Under the pieces are notes generated by a model. The model ran no database searches. It worked only from the letters and a program-made list of their open reading frames with translations, and was not told the origin of the DNA. Of a DNA stretch of 64,000 nt, positions 50,272-63,870 are shown one piece after another. How positions within the stretch are numbered: position 1 is the first letter of the stretch; every line of letters starts with the position of its first letter. Origin of the DNA: Octopus vulgaris (taxonomy: Eukaryota); NCBI GenBank assembly GCA_951406725.2, contig OX597828.1, forward strand, positions 71,176,001 to 71,240,000, given 5' to 3'. A program made the position numbers and the translations under genes.

Positions 50272-51524
50272 GCCTTTGACTCAGATATATTTGTCCATGT
50301 GCAATAATTAATATTTGAGTTAAACTCATTAAGGAAATAAATTGGTAGTGGGAGTGGTTAATTAGATAAAACTCAACATTGTCTTTGATTGTGCATTATC
50401 TCCATTCCTGCAAGTCTGTCCATTTCTCTGATAGTGTCAGTTCAGGTGGAACCTCAAGCCTCATTAAGTTATATTCCTGGACGACAACACCTCAGTGGGA
50501 GATTAAAATCTATCAAATTGATATTAGCATCACTATCTTCATCATCCACCACCATCATCATCATCATCTGCTGAGCTTCATCATCACCCTCATTAATCAT
50601 TGCCACCCTCACCACCACCAATTCATCACTCCTACCACTACCATCGTCATCATCATCAACATATTTCAACAATGTCTCTTTAATTTCTCTTTGTTGTTTG
50701 ATTATTCGGCTGTTTTGATGGCGTTTTAAATACTTTTTGTTTCAATTGCTGTGGCTTCTCTGCAGCTCAGTGACTTTATTCTGGTGATGGTAGCGATGAC
50801 AGAGATGGTGGTGATGACGGTATTCGCTATAGTGCTGGTGATGATGATGGCTAATTATAGCAGGGGTGGTGGTGGTGGTGGTGGTAATGTTTGTAGTGAT
50901 GTTAATAGAAAATATGATGGGTGTGATGCTGATATGGGTACTGGTCGAGAAAACATTAATATTTGTGGTGGTGGTGGTGGTATGGTGCTTGTAGTATCGA
51001 TTGCAGTGGTGGTGATGGGGATGGTACTGTGGTGGTTCTAATGTTAATTGTGATGATGCCAACGTTGGTGTTGATTACAGATGAGATGGTGTCTGTAGTG
51101 GCTGTGGTGGTGCACGTAGTTTATTTCTTAGAATCATTGACCCCTGGTCACAATATTAAAAACCAGATGTTAAATCAATGATTAATGATATGTACTAGAC
51201 CATGTTTTATGTTACTAGTTCTGATTGTAGTGAGCTGGGATGTGAGAGCATCTGATAGAACGCCTCAAACCGTGATGAGGATGTCTTCAGACCTGTCAGC
51301 CTCATATATGGGGGTTTACTAAAGAGAAGGGAGGACTGAACGAAGCTTAATATCTGCTGCAAAATCAATGATTTCAAGTGATTTCAAGAGGAGGATTATG
51401 CACTCACTCATTGTTGATGTTCAATTTCTGTTCCAGTAAATTCAGGCTGTGGAAAGGATTGGAATTATGCAGCAATTTTAGATATCCTACTTGGTGTCTT
51501 GGTGCATCATCATCATCATCATCA

Positions 51525-51689
51525 GGCGCAGGAGTGACTGTGTGGTAAGTAGCTTGTTTACCAACCACATGGTTCCGGGTTCAGTCCCACTGCGTGGCAC
51601 CTTGGGCAAGTGTCTTCTACTATAGCCTCGGGCCGACCGAAGCCTTGTGAGTGGATTTGGTAGATGGAAACTGAAAGAAGCCTGTCGTA

Positions 51690-51739
<50 letters not shown>

Positions 51740-51944
51740 TGTGTGTGTTTGTACCCCTAGCATTGCTTGACAACTGATGCTGGTGTGTTTATGTCCCCGT
51801 AACTTAGTGGTTCGGCAAAAGAGACCGATAGAATAAGTACTGGGCTTACAAAAGAATAAGTCCCAGGGTCGAGTTGCTCGAATAGAAGCGGTGCTCCAGC
51901 ATGGCCCCAGTCAAATGACTGAAACAAGTAAAAGAGTAAAGAGT
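51525..51944 (+). mobile_element. SINE family A, full length
   Basis: GGCGCAGGAGTGACTGTGTGG...AAACAAGTAAAAGAGTAAAGAGT. Confidence 0.88.
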
Positions 51945-52225
51945 ATACCGTTGTTTCAAATGTTAACTTTTCTGTTTGCATGAATCAGATGAATTTCATT
52001 GAGGCAGATTTTCTGCATCTGGGTGCTCTTCCTGTCACCAAGCTACACCCATTTCCAAGCAAGGAATACTTCCCCGACTCCTTTAAACATGAAACTACAC
52101 TGTAGCTGGATTAGTTTGGTTTGTTTTTTGTTTTTTTTGATAAATGGAAGATTGCAAACAAACAGCACCGTTTGTGGTGGTGTAGTTTGTTTAACACTGT
52201 CAAAACAAATGAAATGTACACATAT

Positions 52226-52391
52226 GGGTGCAGGAGTCGCTGTGTGGTAAGTAGCTTGCTAACCAACCACATGGTTCCGGGTTCAGTCCCACTGCGTGGC
52301 ATCTTGGGCAAGTGTCTTTTGCTATAGCTCCGGGCCGACCAATGCCTTGTGAGTGGATTTGGTAGACGGAAACTGAAAGAAGCCTGTCGTA

Positions 52392-52438
<47 letters not shown>

Positions 52439-52645
52439 CTGTGTTTGTCCCCCTAGCATTGCTTGACAACCGATGCTGGTGTGTTTACGTCCCCGTTACT
52501 TAGCGGTTCGGCAAAACAGACTGATAGAATAAGTACTGGGCTTACAAAGAATAAGTCCCGGGGTCGATTTGCTCGACTAAAGGCGGTGCTCCAGCATGGC
52601 CGCAGTCAAATGACTGAAACAAGTAACAGAGAAAGAGTAAAGAGT
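52226..52645 (+). mobile_element. SINE family A, full length
   Basis: Near-identical to 51525-51944. Confidence 0.88.
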
Positions 52646-52670
52646 ATATATAGATACACACACAAACTAG

Positions 52671-52965
52671 CACTCTGTCGGTTATGACGACGAGGTTTCT
52701 AGTTGTTCCGATTAATGTGCAAGTGGCTGAGCACTCCACAGACAAGTGTACCTTTAAAGCAGTTCTCAGGGAGATTCAGCATGACAAAGAATATGACAGG
52801 GCTGGCCTCTTTGAATTACCGGTACAATTCATCTTTGCCAGATGAGTGGATTGGAGCAATGTGAAATAAAGAGCCTTGCTCAAGAACACAATGCACTGAT
52901 GGGAATCGAACTCGCGACCTTATAGTGATGAGCCAAATACCCTAACCACTAAGCCACACAGCTTC
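52671..52965 (-). mobile_element. tRNA-derived CORE-like SINE family I
   Basis: TGGCTTAGTGG and GAGTTCGATTCC boxes, TTCTTGAGCAAGGCTCTTTATTTCACATTGCTCC body; relatives at 61034-61348 (+) and 53565-53758 (-). Confidence 0.8.
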
Positions 52966-53175
52966 ATACATATATCACCATCATTGTTTAATGTCTGTTT
53001 TCCATGCTGGCATGGGTTGGACAGTTGACTGAGTTCTGGAGAGCCAGCAGCTGCACCAGGCCCCGATCTGATTTGACAATATTTCTACAGTTGGATGACC
53101 TTCCTAATGCCAGCCACTCCGAGAGTGTTGTGGGTGCTTTTTACATGCCACCAGCACAGGAGCCAGTCAGATGGC

Positions 53176-53333
53176 TCTCCTTGTTTTTTTCTGTGTATCT
53201 TTCTGTCAAAGAGCGTAGGCTCGAAATGTAAAAGACTTGTTCTATTTCTATTCCTGAGCACCATACTAATACATTTGTTTGTTTGTACTCCACCTGCCTT
53301 CGTCTTTTGTTTATTTTCATAAAGCTTCCCGTT
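53176..53333 (+). mobile_element. Second copy of the 47582 element, with hammerhead-like variant at 53198-53235
   Basis: TCTTT-CTGTCAA-A-GAGC-gtag-GCTC-GAAA-TG-T-A-AAAGA; ends in (TA)n. Confidence 0.65.
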
Positions 53334-53766
53334 ATATATATACATATATATGCGCGCATGCACACACACATGGGGCTTCTTTCTATTTTCGCCCCTCAAA
53401 TATCCACTCGCAAGGCTTTGGTTAGTCCAAAGCAATAAGAGAAAGACAGTTGCCCAAGGTACCATGAAGCAGAAATGAATCCAAAATTATGTTGTTAGGA
53501 AGCAAACTCCTTAACTACATCCCTATTTCTGCATATCATATGAGGTTAGTCCACATCACTCTGGAAGGGGCCGGTTTCTCTCGGTTATATATTCTTCCCT
53601 GGACAGGACACCGGTCAGTTGCAGGATTACTCTTTATTACCAGCTGAGTGGACTTGAGCAACGTGAAATAAAGTGTTTTGCTCAAGAACACAATGCATTG
53701 CCCAGTTCAGGAATTGAACCACTATCTTATGATCACGAGTCCAACACAGTGCCTCCACAACATATA

Positions 53767-53800
<34 letters not shown>

Positions 53801-53975
53801 TAGGTTAGTTGAGTTAGAGGGTAAAATAACCGTCTAAGGGATAGAAGTATCCTTTATACTACAGTATGGGTATATTACCTATGTTTAACCCTGGGCATAC
53901 ATATGCAGGCATATTATGCTCATAAGTTATAGGTGAAGACAAGGGTAAACATGGGTTTATCAAGAATCAAAATTT

Positions 53976-54102
53976 AAAGAAGACAGGAAATGGAGAAATA
54001 TCGATGAACAACAATTTACTTACATCAGTTATTATTATTATGAATAATGATTGATGTAAGTCAACTGTTGTTCATCTGTACTTCTCCATTTTCTATTTCC
54101 TT

Positions 54103-54103
<1 letters not shown>
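53976..54103. repeat. Imperfect palindrome with ~61-bp arms and 6-nt loop
   Basis: GAAATGGAGAAATATCGATGAACAACAATTTACTTACATCAGTTATTATT-attatg-AATAATGATTGATGTAAGTCAACTGTTGTTCATCTGTACTTCTCCATTTT. Confidence 0.9.
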
Positions 54104-54137
<34 letters not shown>

Positions 54138-55017
54138 TACATGCACATACATGTTTATAATGAATTACTTGGACACAATACCCATTGTCCTGCTGTATCT
54201 TGTATTGACTGGGCAGATGGTCATCCGGTGAGTTTTTGTTCAGTTTTCATCAGAGACCATTGTTATTTTCTGTTCTTGGACCATTGTTTCTCAACATGTA
54301 ACAGTTGGTATTGTTCTCGCATGCACACGTGTGTTGCAGTGTCTGTTGTACATCGCCATCTAATTTCTAAATGCTGCAACACCAGATGTCTGCAACATTC
54401 CCATGTGGAAACCTGTTCTCCGCTCTGGTTGCATTTCATAGAATTTGCAATTTAAAAAGATCAATGTGCTTTTTGGTCTGTAACAACTTATAGAATAGAC
54501 CCGTATTAAGCACTTTGCCATTTATAAGCCAACAAGAGGACGTCTACACTACAATAGGAGTAGAGGCCATGGGTGGAGAACACCTCGCCTGTGGACAAGA
54601 TTTTGTATACTTTCAAATATAAGTCTTGAAAAAAATCTTGCTTAAAATTCAATTTGGAGCGTTTTTTTGTTTTGTTTTGTTACCTGTGTGTCTGAGGCCT
54701 CCTTTAGGATTATGGTACTTCTTGTTTTAAAGTGAGATAAATTAAGACTTTCCATCAAAATTTCATGTTAATCCATGTCTCATGCAATGATTAATTACGA
54801 CAGTTATTTTATTGAATTCTTCGTTATTTTTGAAATTAATTGAAACAAAGGTGGTATGTTTCAACAGGAATATGGTAACCAAAAGAGTTAAAACCAAAAT
54901 GGTAATTTACAGGATATTTCTGTGAATTTGTTAAAGTGATTGATACATTATTTTTCTCAATACAGAAGTCAACACACTTTCTTCATTGACATTTTTTATG
55001 CCAGCTCTTCTTTTTAA

Positions 55018-55237
55018 CCCTTTTGTTACTGTATTTCTTTTGAGATGCTCTGTGTTTTTTTCAATTACTTTAAATATAACAAAGAATTTAGTAAAATAAC
55101 TTCGTTATCATTCAGCTAGTGTTAGGAACATAAACTGTGACTAAGGTTTGGTGGAAAATTTTAATTCAAAGCTTATGAAAATAAGACGTTTGTACTCAGT
55201 GCCAGAACTGGTTTCAGCCGGGTTGGTAACAAAAGGG
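55018..55237. mobile_element. piggyBac-type MITE family D
   Basis: TTAA|CCCTTTTGTTAC...GTAACAAAAGGG|TTAA. Confidence 0.88.
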
Positions 55238-55985
55238 TTAAGCAAAGTGCTTTATCTGTTTCATTCCATTGGTCTTGGCATGTCTAACTGCTGAAGCAGC
55301 AGCAACCTCTGTGAGTGGGGGGTGGGGGGCATAAACAAACATCACTGCCACTCCTAACCGGTGTCACACACACACACACGATGGGCTTCCATGCAGTTTC
55401 TGTCTGCCAACTTTCACTCACAAGGTAATATTGGTGAACCTGAGGTTGAGATGATGCCCAAAGTGTCACACACTGAGATTGAACCTGAAACTACGTAGTT
55501 ACTAAGCAGATGTATCGACCACTTGTACACATCGATGTTCAGTATATTAACAATGACCATTTGGTGCAAAGCAATTCAGAGTTTAATAATTCTAAATGTT
55601 AATTAAAGACTCCAAGACATTCTTGTTTCAAAAGGTCAGAATTTTCTCAAGTGAAAAAATATTTTATATATATTGATAAGAAATGTGAAGGGTCAACAAC
55701 TCTAAACTATAGTGAAATAAAGAAGAAAAATACATAAATCTTTAATGTTTCAACAAGTGACTTGGTGGTGCTTTACTGTTAAATGAACCAAAGATAAATC
55801 AGTTCCTTGACAGACTGTGAGTGCATCTTAACATTTCTAAAAGATCTAAAATTTATTTCAACAGTTTGGTCTACGGACACATATGAAATTCAATTTCCTG
55901 TCTGAATCTATAACAATACTAGCGATGGACTTGAACTCCTGTCATGTATGTTAGCCGTTCAGTATCTTTATCCATTCAGTTGTGT

Positions 55986-56222
55986 CAGTGGTTCTTAACC
56001 AGGGTCCACTTAGGATTTTGCTGGTAAAATTTATCTGCAATAAATAGGTTATACTTCTACAATGCACAAAATATTTATAACAATATTTTTTTATACAATT
56101 CCTTAGAATTTTTTAATTATAAAAATATGATTTTTAAAACCTTGACTGACTAGAAGGGTCCAGCTGAATAAAATAAAACTCAAAGGATTCCACAGATAAG
56201 AAAGAATGGTTGAGAAACACTG
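55986..56222. mobile_element. hAT-type MITE
   Basis: CAGTGGTTCTTAACC / GGTTGAGAAACACTG TIRs; body related to 41785-42038. Confidence 0.7.
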
Positions 56223-57400
56223 AGCTATGACAAAAGATATCACTTTTAAATCCAGATAATCTTGTAGACAGATACTGGAGAGTATTTCAGTTTGATCCAT
56301 CGTTTACCATTGACAGTAATTCTTGTAGAATTTACCTGTATTTACCTGTACCTTCTTCTAGCTCAGAACTAGTTCTAGGATTAGTAAACTTCTAATAATG
56401 TGATTTTAAAATGGTTGTTAATTGGCATGAAGAAGAACCAGATGCTATGAAAGCTACACTTTCCTTTGGTTTGTTTTGGTTGCCATGGCCATGCTGCAGC
56501 ACAGCCCTCTGTGTTTATGTAATTAGTTTACATCAACTCTAGTATTTATGGAATTTCATTTCACTGGCTTGTATCTTGACAAGTTGCCATTCCACTGAGA
56601 TCCACTCTCTTTTACTCCTTTCTTTTCCTGTAGGATCCTCTCTCCTCCACTCCCTTACATTCCTACACACTCCTTACTGTGTGCTACCAAGAATGGCATA
56701 TAACCTGTTATAAGCTCCTATGTCTTTACAAACCTTACCTGTTGGCTACTTACACACGGTCACCATACTTAAACATTTCGTGTTTTAATTACAAATTAGG
56801 CCTGAGTCTCTATGTTCTGGTCAAACTAAGTAATTCCCATTTATTTATTCACTCACTATAGTTAGACCACAACAGTTCTATAAAAGGACTGTGACACGTA
56901 CATAGCTTGTCTATAACGGGACTGTAGTATGTCTATAGGCTTCTTCTAACAGCTATATAGTAAGACTCTGCCTTTTAGTATAAGAGATGCGTAACCATTC
57001 AACAAGCAAGGCTTAGCAGATCTGATAAGAATGAAGTCACTGCATCTAATAAGGATGTTTATCATAATTTAGACATTTGTTGAGCTCTGATGCAAGTGGA
57101 TACAGGTTCATTTCTAGTTGACAGCTAAGTTATTTTTAGACTTTTATCTTTTACTTGTTTCATTCATTGGACTGTGGTCATGCTGGGGCAACACCTTGAA
57201 GAATTTTTAGTTGAATGAATTAACCCCAGGACTTCATTTTTCTTTTTCTTAAGCCTCATGATTGTTCTATCACTTTTGCCAAACTACTAAGTTACTGCAA
57301 ATGTAAACACACCAACACTGGTTGTGAAGCAGTGGGGACACACACACGTGTATATGAGAGAGAGAGAGCGAAATATATAAATAACCTTACCTCCTGCTTT

Positions 57401-57447
<47 letters not shown>

Positions 57448-57682
57448 CATTATTTAATGTCCGTTTTCCATGCTAGCATAGGTTGGACGGTTCAACCGGA
57501 ATCTGGTAAGCCATGAAGGCTGCACCACACGACAGACTTCTTTCAGTTTCTGTCTACTAAATCCACTCACAAGTCCTTGGTCTGCCCAAGGCTATAGGGT
57601 TCAGTCCCACTGCAAGCCCAAAGTGTCACACAATGGATTGAACCCAGAACAGAGCTACACCCATGCAAAAGAACTAATATAG

Positions 57683-57897
57683 TCTTTTCTTATATAGGCA
57701 CAAGGCCCGAAATTTTTGGGGAGGGGGCCAGTCGATTAGATCGGCCCCAGTACACAACTGGTACTTAATTTATCAACTCCAAAAGGATGAAAGGCAAAGT
57801 TGACCTTGGCGGAATTTGAACTCAGAACGTAAAGACAGATGAAATACTGCTAAGCATTTCGCCTGGCATGTTAATGATACTGCCAGCTCGGTGCCTT
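57683..57897 (-). mobile_element. SINE family B, full length
   Basis: AGGCACAAGGCCCGAAATTTTTGGGGAGGGG tail variant, AAAGGATGAAAGGCAAAGTTGACC body. Confidence 0.85.
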
Positions 57898-58359
57898 AAA
57901 AAGGATCTAATATATTATTAAATATTCTGTTGAGTGTAGAATGTTGAATGCTTAATTTATAGTCTTGGCATCCATTAAGTTTGAGACGTTCTTTTAACTT
58001 TCATCAATATTTTTTTTGAAATGGTTCTTTGTTGAGGTCATCAGGTGGTGGCCACTATTGTGCTTCCTTTGGCATTGGAGAGACCAAAGTTAACCAAGAT
58101 ATCTGAACCCTAGCAGTCAACAATGCAGTGGAACCCTCTAGAATGGACTGTTCAATAAATATGAAATACTTTCAATAGTACACATCATTGTCAGACACCA
58201 TCAAAGACTGTCTTTGGATTCACTTCTGTTACCTTCTTAACAATAACATCAGTTAATTAACCCACCACCATCACTCGGCCTTCCTTTGCCTTCAGTTAGG
58301 TCTTGTTGAATGCAAACAATTCTTGCTAAATACTGGAATAAACATTGAGTAATAAGTGC

Positions 58360-59960
58360 TTAGAGCACACAGGAAATAAGATTTTCTCAAACACCCAGGA
58401 GGATCCATAGAGGTAACAGATAGCTTCTATGACCTCAATGATCTAACTTGGAGGAGGATGTTCTGAAATGATAGTTGCTAGGGAAACCTTCTGTTTACGA
58501 CATAAGATTTCTCTCTGAGTGAAAACAGATTGTGTGATGCTTGTGTATGAACTGCAATGCTATATGAGCTCTGAATATCGAAGACATGCAAACACTAGAA
58601 AGAAATGGAACAAGCATATGTTGAGAGAAAAAAACTGGGCATAAGAGGTAAAATGTAATGTGCCAAAGAGAATAAAGCATTGGTATGGGCAGATGATGTG
58701 TATGGCTGAGGGCAGCTGTATAAAGAAGTGTCAATCACTAACGGTGCAGAATGAAACCCGTGGAAGAGTAAGGCTAAGTAGTGAGGACTGATCTCGGGAT
58801 GTTGAGCTGCACAAACGAGATGACTAAAGATCAGAAGGGTTATTAATTCACTGTGCTTGAGAAGTCCCACTCTTCAAGATAAAACTGTGGTTCTTGAAGC
58901 ACACGTTTGCACACAATTAGGCTCCCTGCCCTTGTCAAAATCTTCCTCATCTCCCTATCCTTGGTCCCTCTATATCACTCTTCCAATTACTGCATTGTTC
59001 TGCTTAAATGAGAGTGGAACCAGTTATCTTCCTTTCTCTCCTCCTGGAACCACATCTCATTCTTAACATCATCCTCCTTCTCCATCACTTATATTGTCCT
59101 CTGACCAACCTTCCTCTGCTGCCAGTCTTCTTCTTCTTTGGACCATTTCCTATTCACTTCCTTAACACCATCTTTTATCTCCCAGCAGTCATCCTCCACT
59201 TATGTTTTCCACTCGCTGCATCCACCCTTATGAACTGCTGACCATCTCCATCCTTAACCCTATCTATGTCTCACTCTCCTCCATATTCTTGGAACCTTTA
59301 CCTCACTCTCTCACATCATCTCCTTATCATCTCTCTCTCTGTTCTACAGTATTTTGATACTCATCGCTCTGTACTGCCAGTCATCACTTCCTCTCTCCTG
59401 AGCTACTTCTATTGACAACCTTCCCTCATTCTTATCACCTTCCCCTGCCCTGCCCCTCCCCCACTACTTGCCAATGACCATTCTTCACTTCTTGTTTACC
59501 ATCCATTACATTAGTCCTTTCTCTTAACCATCTCTCTCAACCTGCACCCACCCTTCTTGATCTTATGTCCCCACTTTTCACATTTTTCAACACTCCACCA
59601 TCTTTACTTCTTTTTCCAGCTCCAACTTGAACACCCCCCACCCCATTTTATATAATGCTGAATTACTGTGTACCTCCTCCCCGTCTTCTACAACAACAAA
59701 CCTGTTCCTGTCTCCTTCCCAACACCCAGCATAAAACCTCTTTAGTTTTCACTATCCTCTCACTCAGTTGAGGTGAGTCTTTTGTCTTGTTAGTTACATG
59801 GCAACCTCACTAATGCTGGTGCAAAGGAAAAAAAAACAAGGAACCAGTACAATCTGTAAAGTGACTAGTGTGAGGAAGGGTAGCCCACAAGAGAAACCAT
59901 GCCAAAATTTTAGTTTGTTGAACATCCATAGAAAGTGGATATGAAACGATGATGGTGATA
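58360..59960 (+). mobile_element. Old RTE LINE remnant: ORF2 (about 58360-58870), long CT-rich 3'UTR and decayed tail
   Basis: Frameshifted pieces SIEVTDSFYDL, GGGCSE, VKTRLCDACV*TAMLY, LNIEDMQTLERN, LREK.LGIRG, HWYGQMMCM, MTKDQ..FTVLEK; tail resembles family C (GAGGAAGGG...AAACGATGATG). Confidence 0.8.
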
Positions 59961-60034
59961 ATGTAAGAGGGTAAATATTACATGTAAGAGGGGACAGCTG
60001 ACCAATAATATATTTGTGGGCACATTACATAAAA

Positions 60035-60395
60035 AACAAATCAAATCACATTCAAATGGAAATTGTAGTTGTGGTCCCCGTGCTGGTGGCACATAAAAAG
60101 CACCACCCGAACATGGCTGATGCCAGTGCCGCCTTGACTGGTTTCCATGCAGGTGACACATAAAAAGCACCATCCAGTCGTGGTCGATGTCAGCCCCCTC
60201 TGGCTCCTGTGCTGGTGACATGTAAAAAAGCACCCACTACACTCTTGGAGTGGTTTGCGTTAGGAAGGGCATCAAGCTGTAGAAACACTGCCAGATCAGA
60301 TTGGAGCCTGGTGCAGCGTCCTGGCTTCCCAGACCCCAGTCGAACCGTCCAACCCATGACAGCATGGAAAATGAACATTAAATGATGATGATGAT
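60035..60395 (+). mobile_element. RTE 3'UTR copy (family C)
   Basis: Three internal GGTG(G/A)CAC..AAAAGCACC units, then GCGTTAGGAAGGGCATC...(GAT)n. Confidence 0.8.
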
Positions 60396-60625
60396 TATGG
60401 CCAAATGATTAAGAAGTTTGCCTTTGCAACCACAAGGTCTTGGGGTCAATCCCACTGCATGGCATCCTGGGTAAATGTTACTTTTCATAACCTCAGGTTG
60501 ATCTGTACCCTGTGGGTAAAATCAGGCTGACAGAAAGTGTATAGAAGGTCATTGAGTGGATTGTACCTGTGGTTTTATAATGGCACTGCCTTGTCACACG
60601 GAGTTTGAGAATTGCATTAAGAGTA

Positions 60626-60996
60626 TGCAAGAGTGGCTGTGTGGTAAGTAGCTTGCTTACCAACCACATGGTTCCGGGTTCATTCCCACTGCATGGCACC
60701 TTGGGCAAGTGTCTTCTACTATAGCCTCAGGCCAACCAATGTCTTGTGAGTGGATTTGGTAGACGGAAACTGAAAGAAGCCCAACATGTATATGTGTGTG
60801 TGTTTGTGTTTGTCCCCCCCCAACATTGTTTGACAACCGATGGTGTGTTTACGTGCCCGTAACTTAGCGGTTCGGCAAAAGAGACTAATAGAATAAGTAC
60901 TAGGCTTACAAAGAATAAGTCCTGGGGTCGATTTGCTCAACTAAAGGCGGTGCTCCTGCATGGCCACAGTCAAATGACTGAAACAAGTAAAAGAGA
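60626..60996 (+). mobile_element. SINE family A
   Basis: Full head, body and tail. Confidence 0.85.
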
Positions 60997-61033
60997 TATC
61001 TGTAGAATACTTGGCCACTTACACGTTAAATCA

Positions 61034-61348
61034 GGAGCATGTAGGTTAGGATGGATAGTCAGCTCTCAGTCGTATGGTCAGGGGTTCAATTCCGTGCAGT
61101 GTGCTGTAGTCTTGAGCAAGACATTTTATTTCACATTACTCCAGTCCACTCACCTGGCAGAAATTAACTGTACCTGTAATTCAAAGGGGCCAGCCTTGTC
61201 ACATTATGTGTCGTGCCGGTTGTCCCTGATAACTACATTAAGGGCACACGTCTGTGGAGCACTCAGCCACCTGCATGTTACTTTCACAAGCAGACTGTTC
61301 CGTTGACCAAAATCATCTGGAACTCTCATTCTCGTAACCGATGGAGTG
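61034..61348 (+). mobile_element. SINE family I
   Basis: Reverse-complement match to 52671-52965. Confidence 0.75.
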
Positions 61349-61940
61349 TTGTTTATTTAATTCCGGTGCGGATAATACGGTTGATCGAACAAAGGAAACC
61401 TCATCGTCGAACAACAGTTCCACCAACACCATTTGAATTCTTTTAAATTTACAACAGCATCATCTCCACCGCCACCACACAACCATCGTCCCTACTAGCT
61501 CTATTGATACTCCAGATCATCATCATCATCGTTATCATCTCCATTAACACTGCACAGTAACTCCTATCTCCACCACCACCACCTCTGCTACTTTTGTTTT
61601 CTGTGCTGCACACTGACCTAACCTACTTTAGTTTGGCCTCTGTGAGGTGGTTTCAAAGTGATCATCACCACCACCACCACCGTCATCACCATCATCACCA
61701 CCACCATCATCACCGTCACCGCTGTCATCACCACCACCATCATTGCTGTCGCCGCCACCATCACCACCATCTTTCCTCGCTGACATAATGTACAAGAAGG
61801 TTACTAAATAATATCCACTGTCATCTCACGTGCAAGACCCCCCAGGGTCAACAGGTCTGACTTTTTCTGAACTTCCAGCTTCTCTTTTCCTTTTGTTTTA
61901 ATCTTAAATATTTCTATTAACATCAAACAATTCTACTCAA

Positions 61941-61976
<36 letters not shown>

Positions 61977-63316
61977 TTCTCTCTCTCTCTCTCCCTCTCC
62001 CTTTCTCTCTCTCTCTCTCTCTCTCTGTTTGAAAACCTAAACTTAATCAAATACAACTTGCTACTGGCCTGTTTAGCGTGTGTGTGTGTGTGTGTGTGTG
62101 TTTGGCTTTTAACCTATCATTAAAGAACCCAGATCAATAATTGGTACTTGTTGCACTGAATGAAATGATAACGTTGCTGCTCTCCTATAGTTTGGTTGAA
62201 GCAGGTGGAAAGAAGGTAAGCTTAATCCTGTATAATGTCAGAACTGATCTGCCTACCTGTGTAGGCAGTTCTGTATACAGGTGAACATGATCAAAAACAT
62301 AAGATATTGAACAGTTCGACTGATTTGTGCCAAGAGATTATCACAGTTTACTGACAGATATTGTGGGTTGGATGTTCTTTGAGATCATCATTATTGATGT
62401 TTAATATCCACTTTTCTATGCTTGCTTGTGTTCAGAAAACTGCTGTTGGCTGCCGTAATAGGAGAGCTGCTCTATTAGATCTCATGTTCTCACCATTTAC
62501 AATGGCCTTTTGTGGCATCTCTTGAACCTTCTTGGACTGAAGAAAAGCAACATGTTCAGTCCCAGATCAGTTTTGATTGGTCAGATCTAAGTTCAGATGT
62601 TCCACCCATAGCCATCACATATATTCTTCAGATGTAGTATATCTTGGACTACATTATCCAGTGTACCCTTTCTAATTTAAGATTAGAATGTAATTTGAAA
62701 GAAGTTTTGGCTGCTATTTTTAGCATGTTGAGTGACCGCATAAAGCTTCCTCATCAGCTCGCAGTGTAATAATAGTTGTTTAACCCCCACGGTCATCCCT
62801 GATCTAGCACTCATATAATCAACCATTCCAACTCTGACCATCACAACTTCTTAGTAAATCAAGAAATACATTATCCAATTTGTCCTTCTTTTAAATGTTA
62901 AGGTATGGTTCAAGAAAATGTGCCTGCTATTTCTAGCACATCAGACAACCTTAGTAGAAACTCCATGTTACACTGATAACTGTTGTGATGATTAAGAAGA
63001 AGTTAAAATGTTCAACTGGAACCAAGGCATTTGTCACAGAATCAGTGTGATAACAGTTTACCTTCTCGCTATACCATAGTCCCAGTTCCATACTAGTGTG
63101 TCTCTACACCAGACATGGGAAATTTTATTCGAGAGGGGGGTCACGTGAGACATGGCTCATCCTCAGGCAGGCTGCATTACTAAAATGAAACTCAAAGTAA
63201 TTTTTGTTTTTTATGGTGTGCCATCCAAAATGTACCACTGGCACAATTTGCTCATGGCTGAATTACACCATACCACTGTTTCTGTGTTGCAACACCTACC
63301 GGTGCTCCATTCCACC

Positions 63317-63665
63317 CCAGTCACATGGTTCTGGGTTCAATCCCTCTGTGTGGCATCTTGGACAAGTGTCTTCTATTATGGCCTCGGGCTAACCGAAGCT
63401 ATGGGAATAGATTTGATAGATGGAAACTGAAAGAAGTCTGTCATGTGTGGTGGGGCAGTTGTCCACCCACCACTGTTTGACAACTGGTGTTGGTGTGTTT
63501 ATGTCCCTTGTAACTTAGTGGTTTGGCAAAAGAGATTGATAGAATAAGTACCACACTTTGAAAAAAATAGATAAATAGGGAGTTGATTCATTCAACTAAG
63601 AATTCTTCAAGATGATGCCCCAGCATGGCCACAGTGTAATGACTGAAACAAGTAAAAGATAAAAA
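63317..63665 (+). mobile_element. SINE family A (older subfamily, head partial)
   Basis: CACATGGTTCTGGGTTCAATCCC...ATGACTGAAACAAGTAAAAGAT. Confidence 0.75.
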
Positions 63666-63870
63666 AAGATTCATTTATTCAGAAAATAGAAAGGAATCCT
63701 TAATAAGATTTACTGAAGCATGAAGGGAAACTTGTGGGTAGGAGAGCCACAACAAAACTTTTTACATGGCCCTGGCACAGGTGCTCCTCACATGGCCCTG
63801 GATGACATAATTAGTGGTAATTATTGTGTGCTTGAAGTTGTTGTTTAACCACAGGTCAGTCTTCATACAG

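Noticed and set aside
50379-51181. Poly-His, poly-Thr and poly-Gly ORFs (also 61594-61788)
   Set aside because: Degenerate (CAC/CAT)n and (GTG/GAT)n trinucleotide low-complexity sequence
54150-54227. WD40-like reading ELLGHNTHCPAVSCIDWADGHP
   Set aside because: GH-to-V spacing is atypical and there is no upstream acceptor AG to place it in an exon
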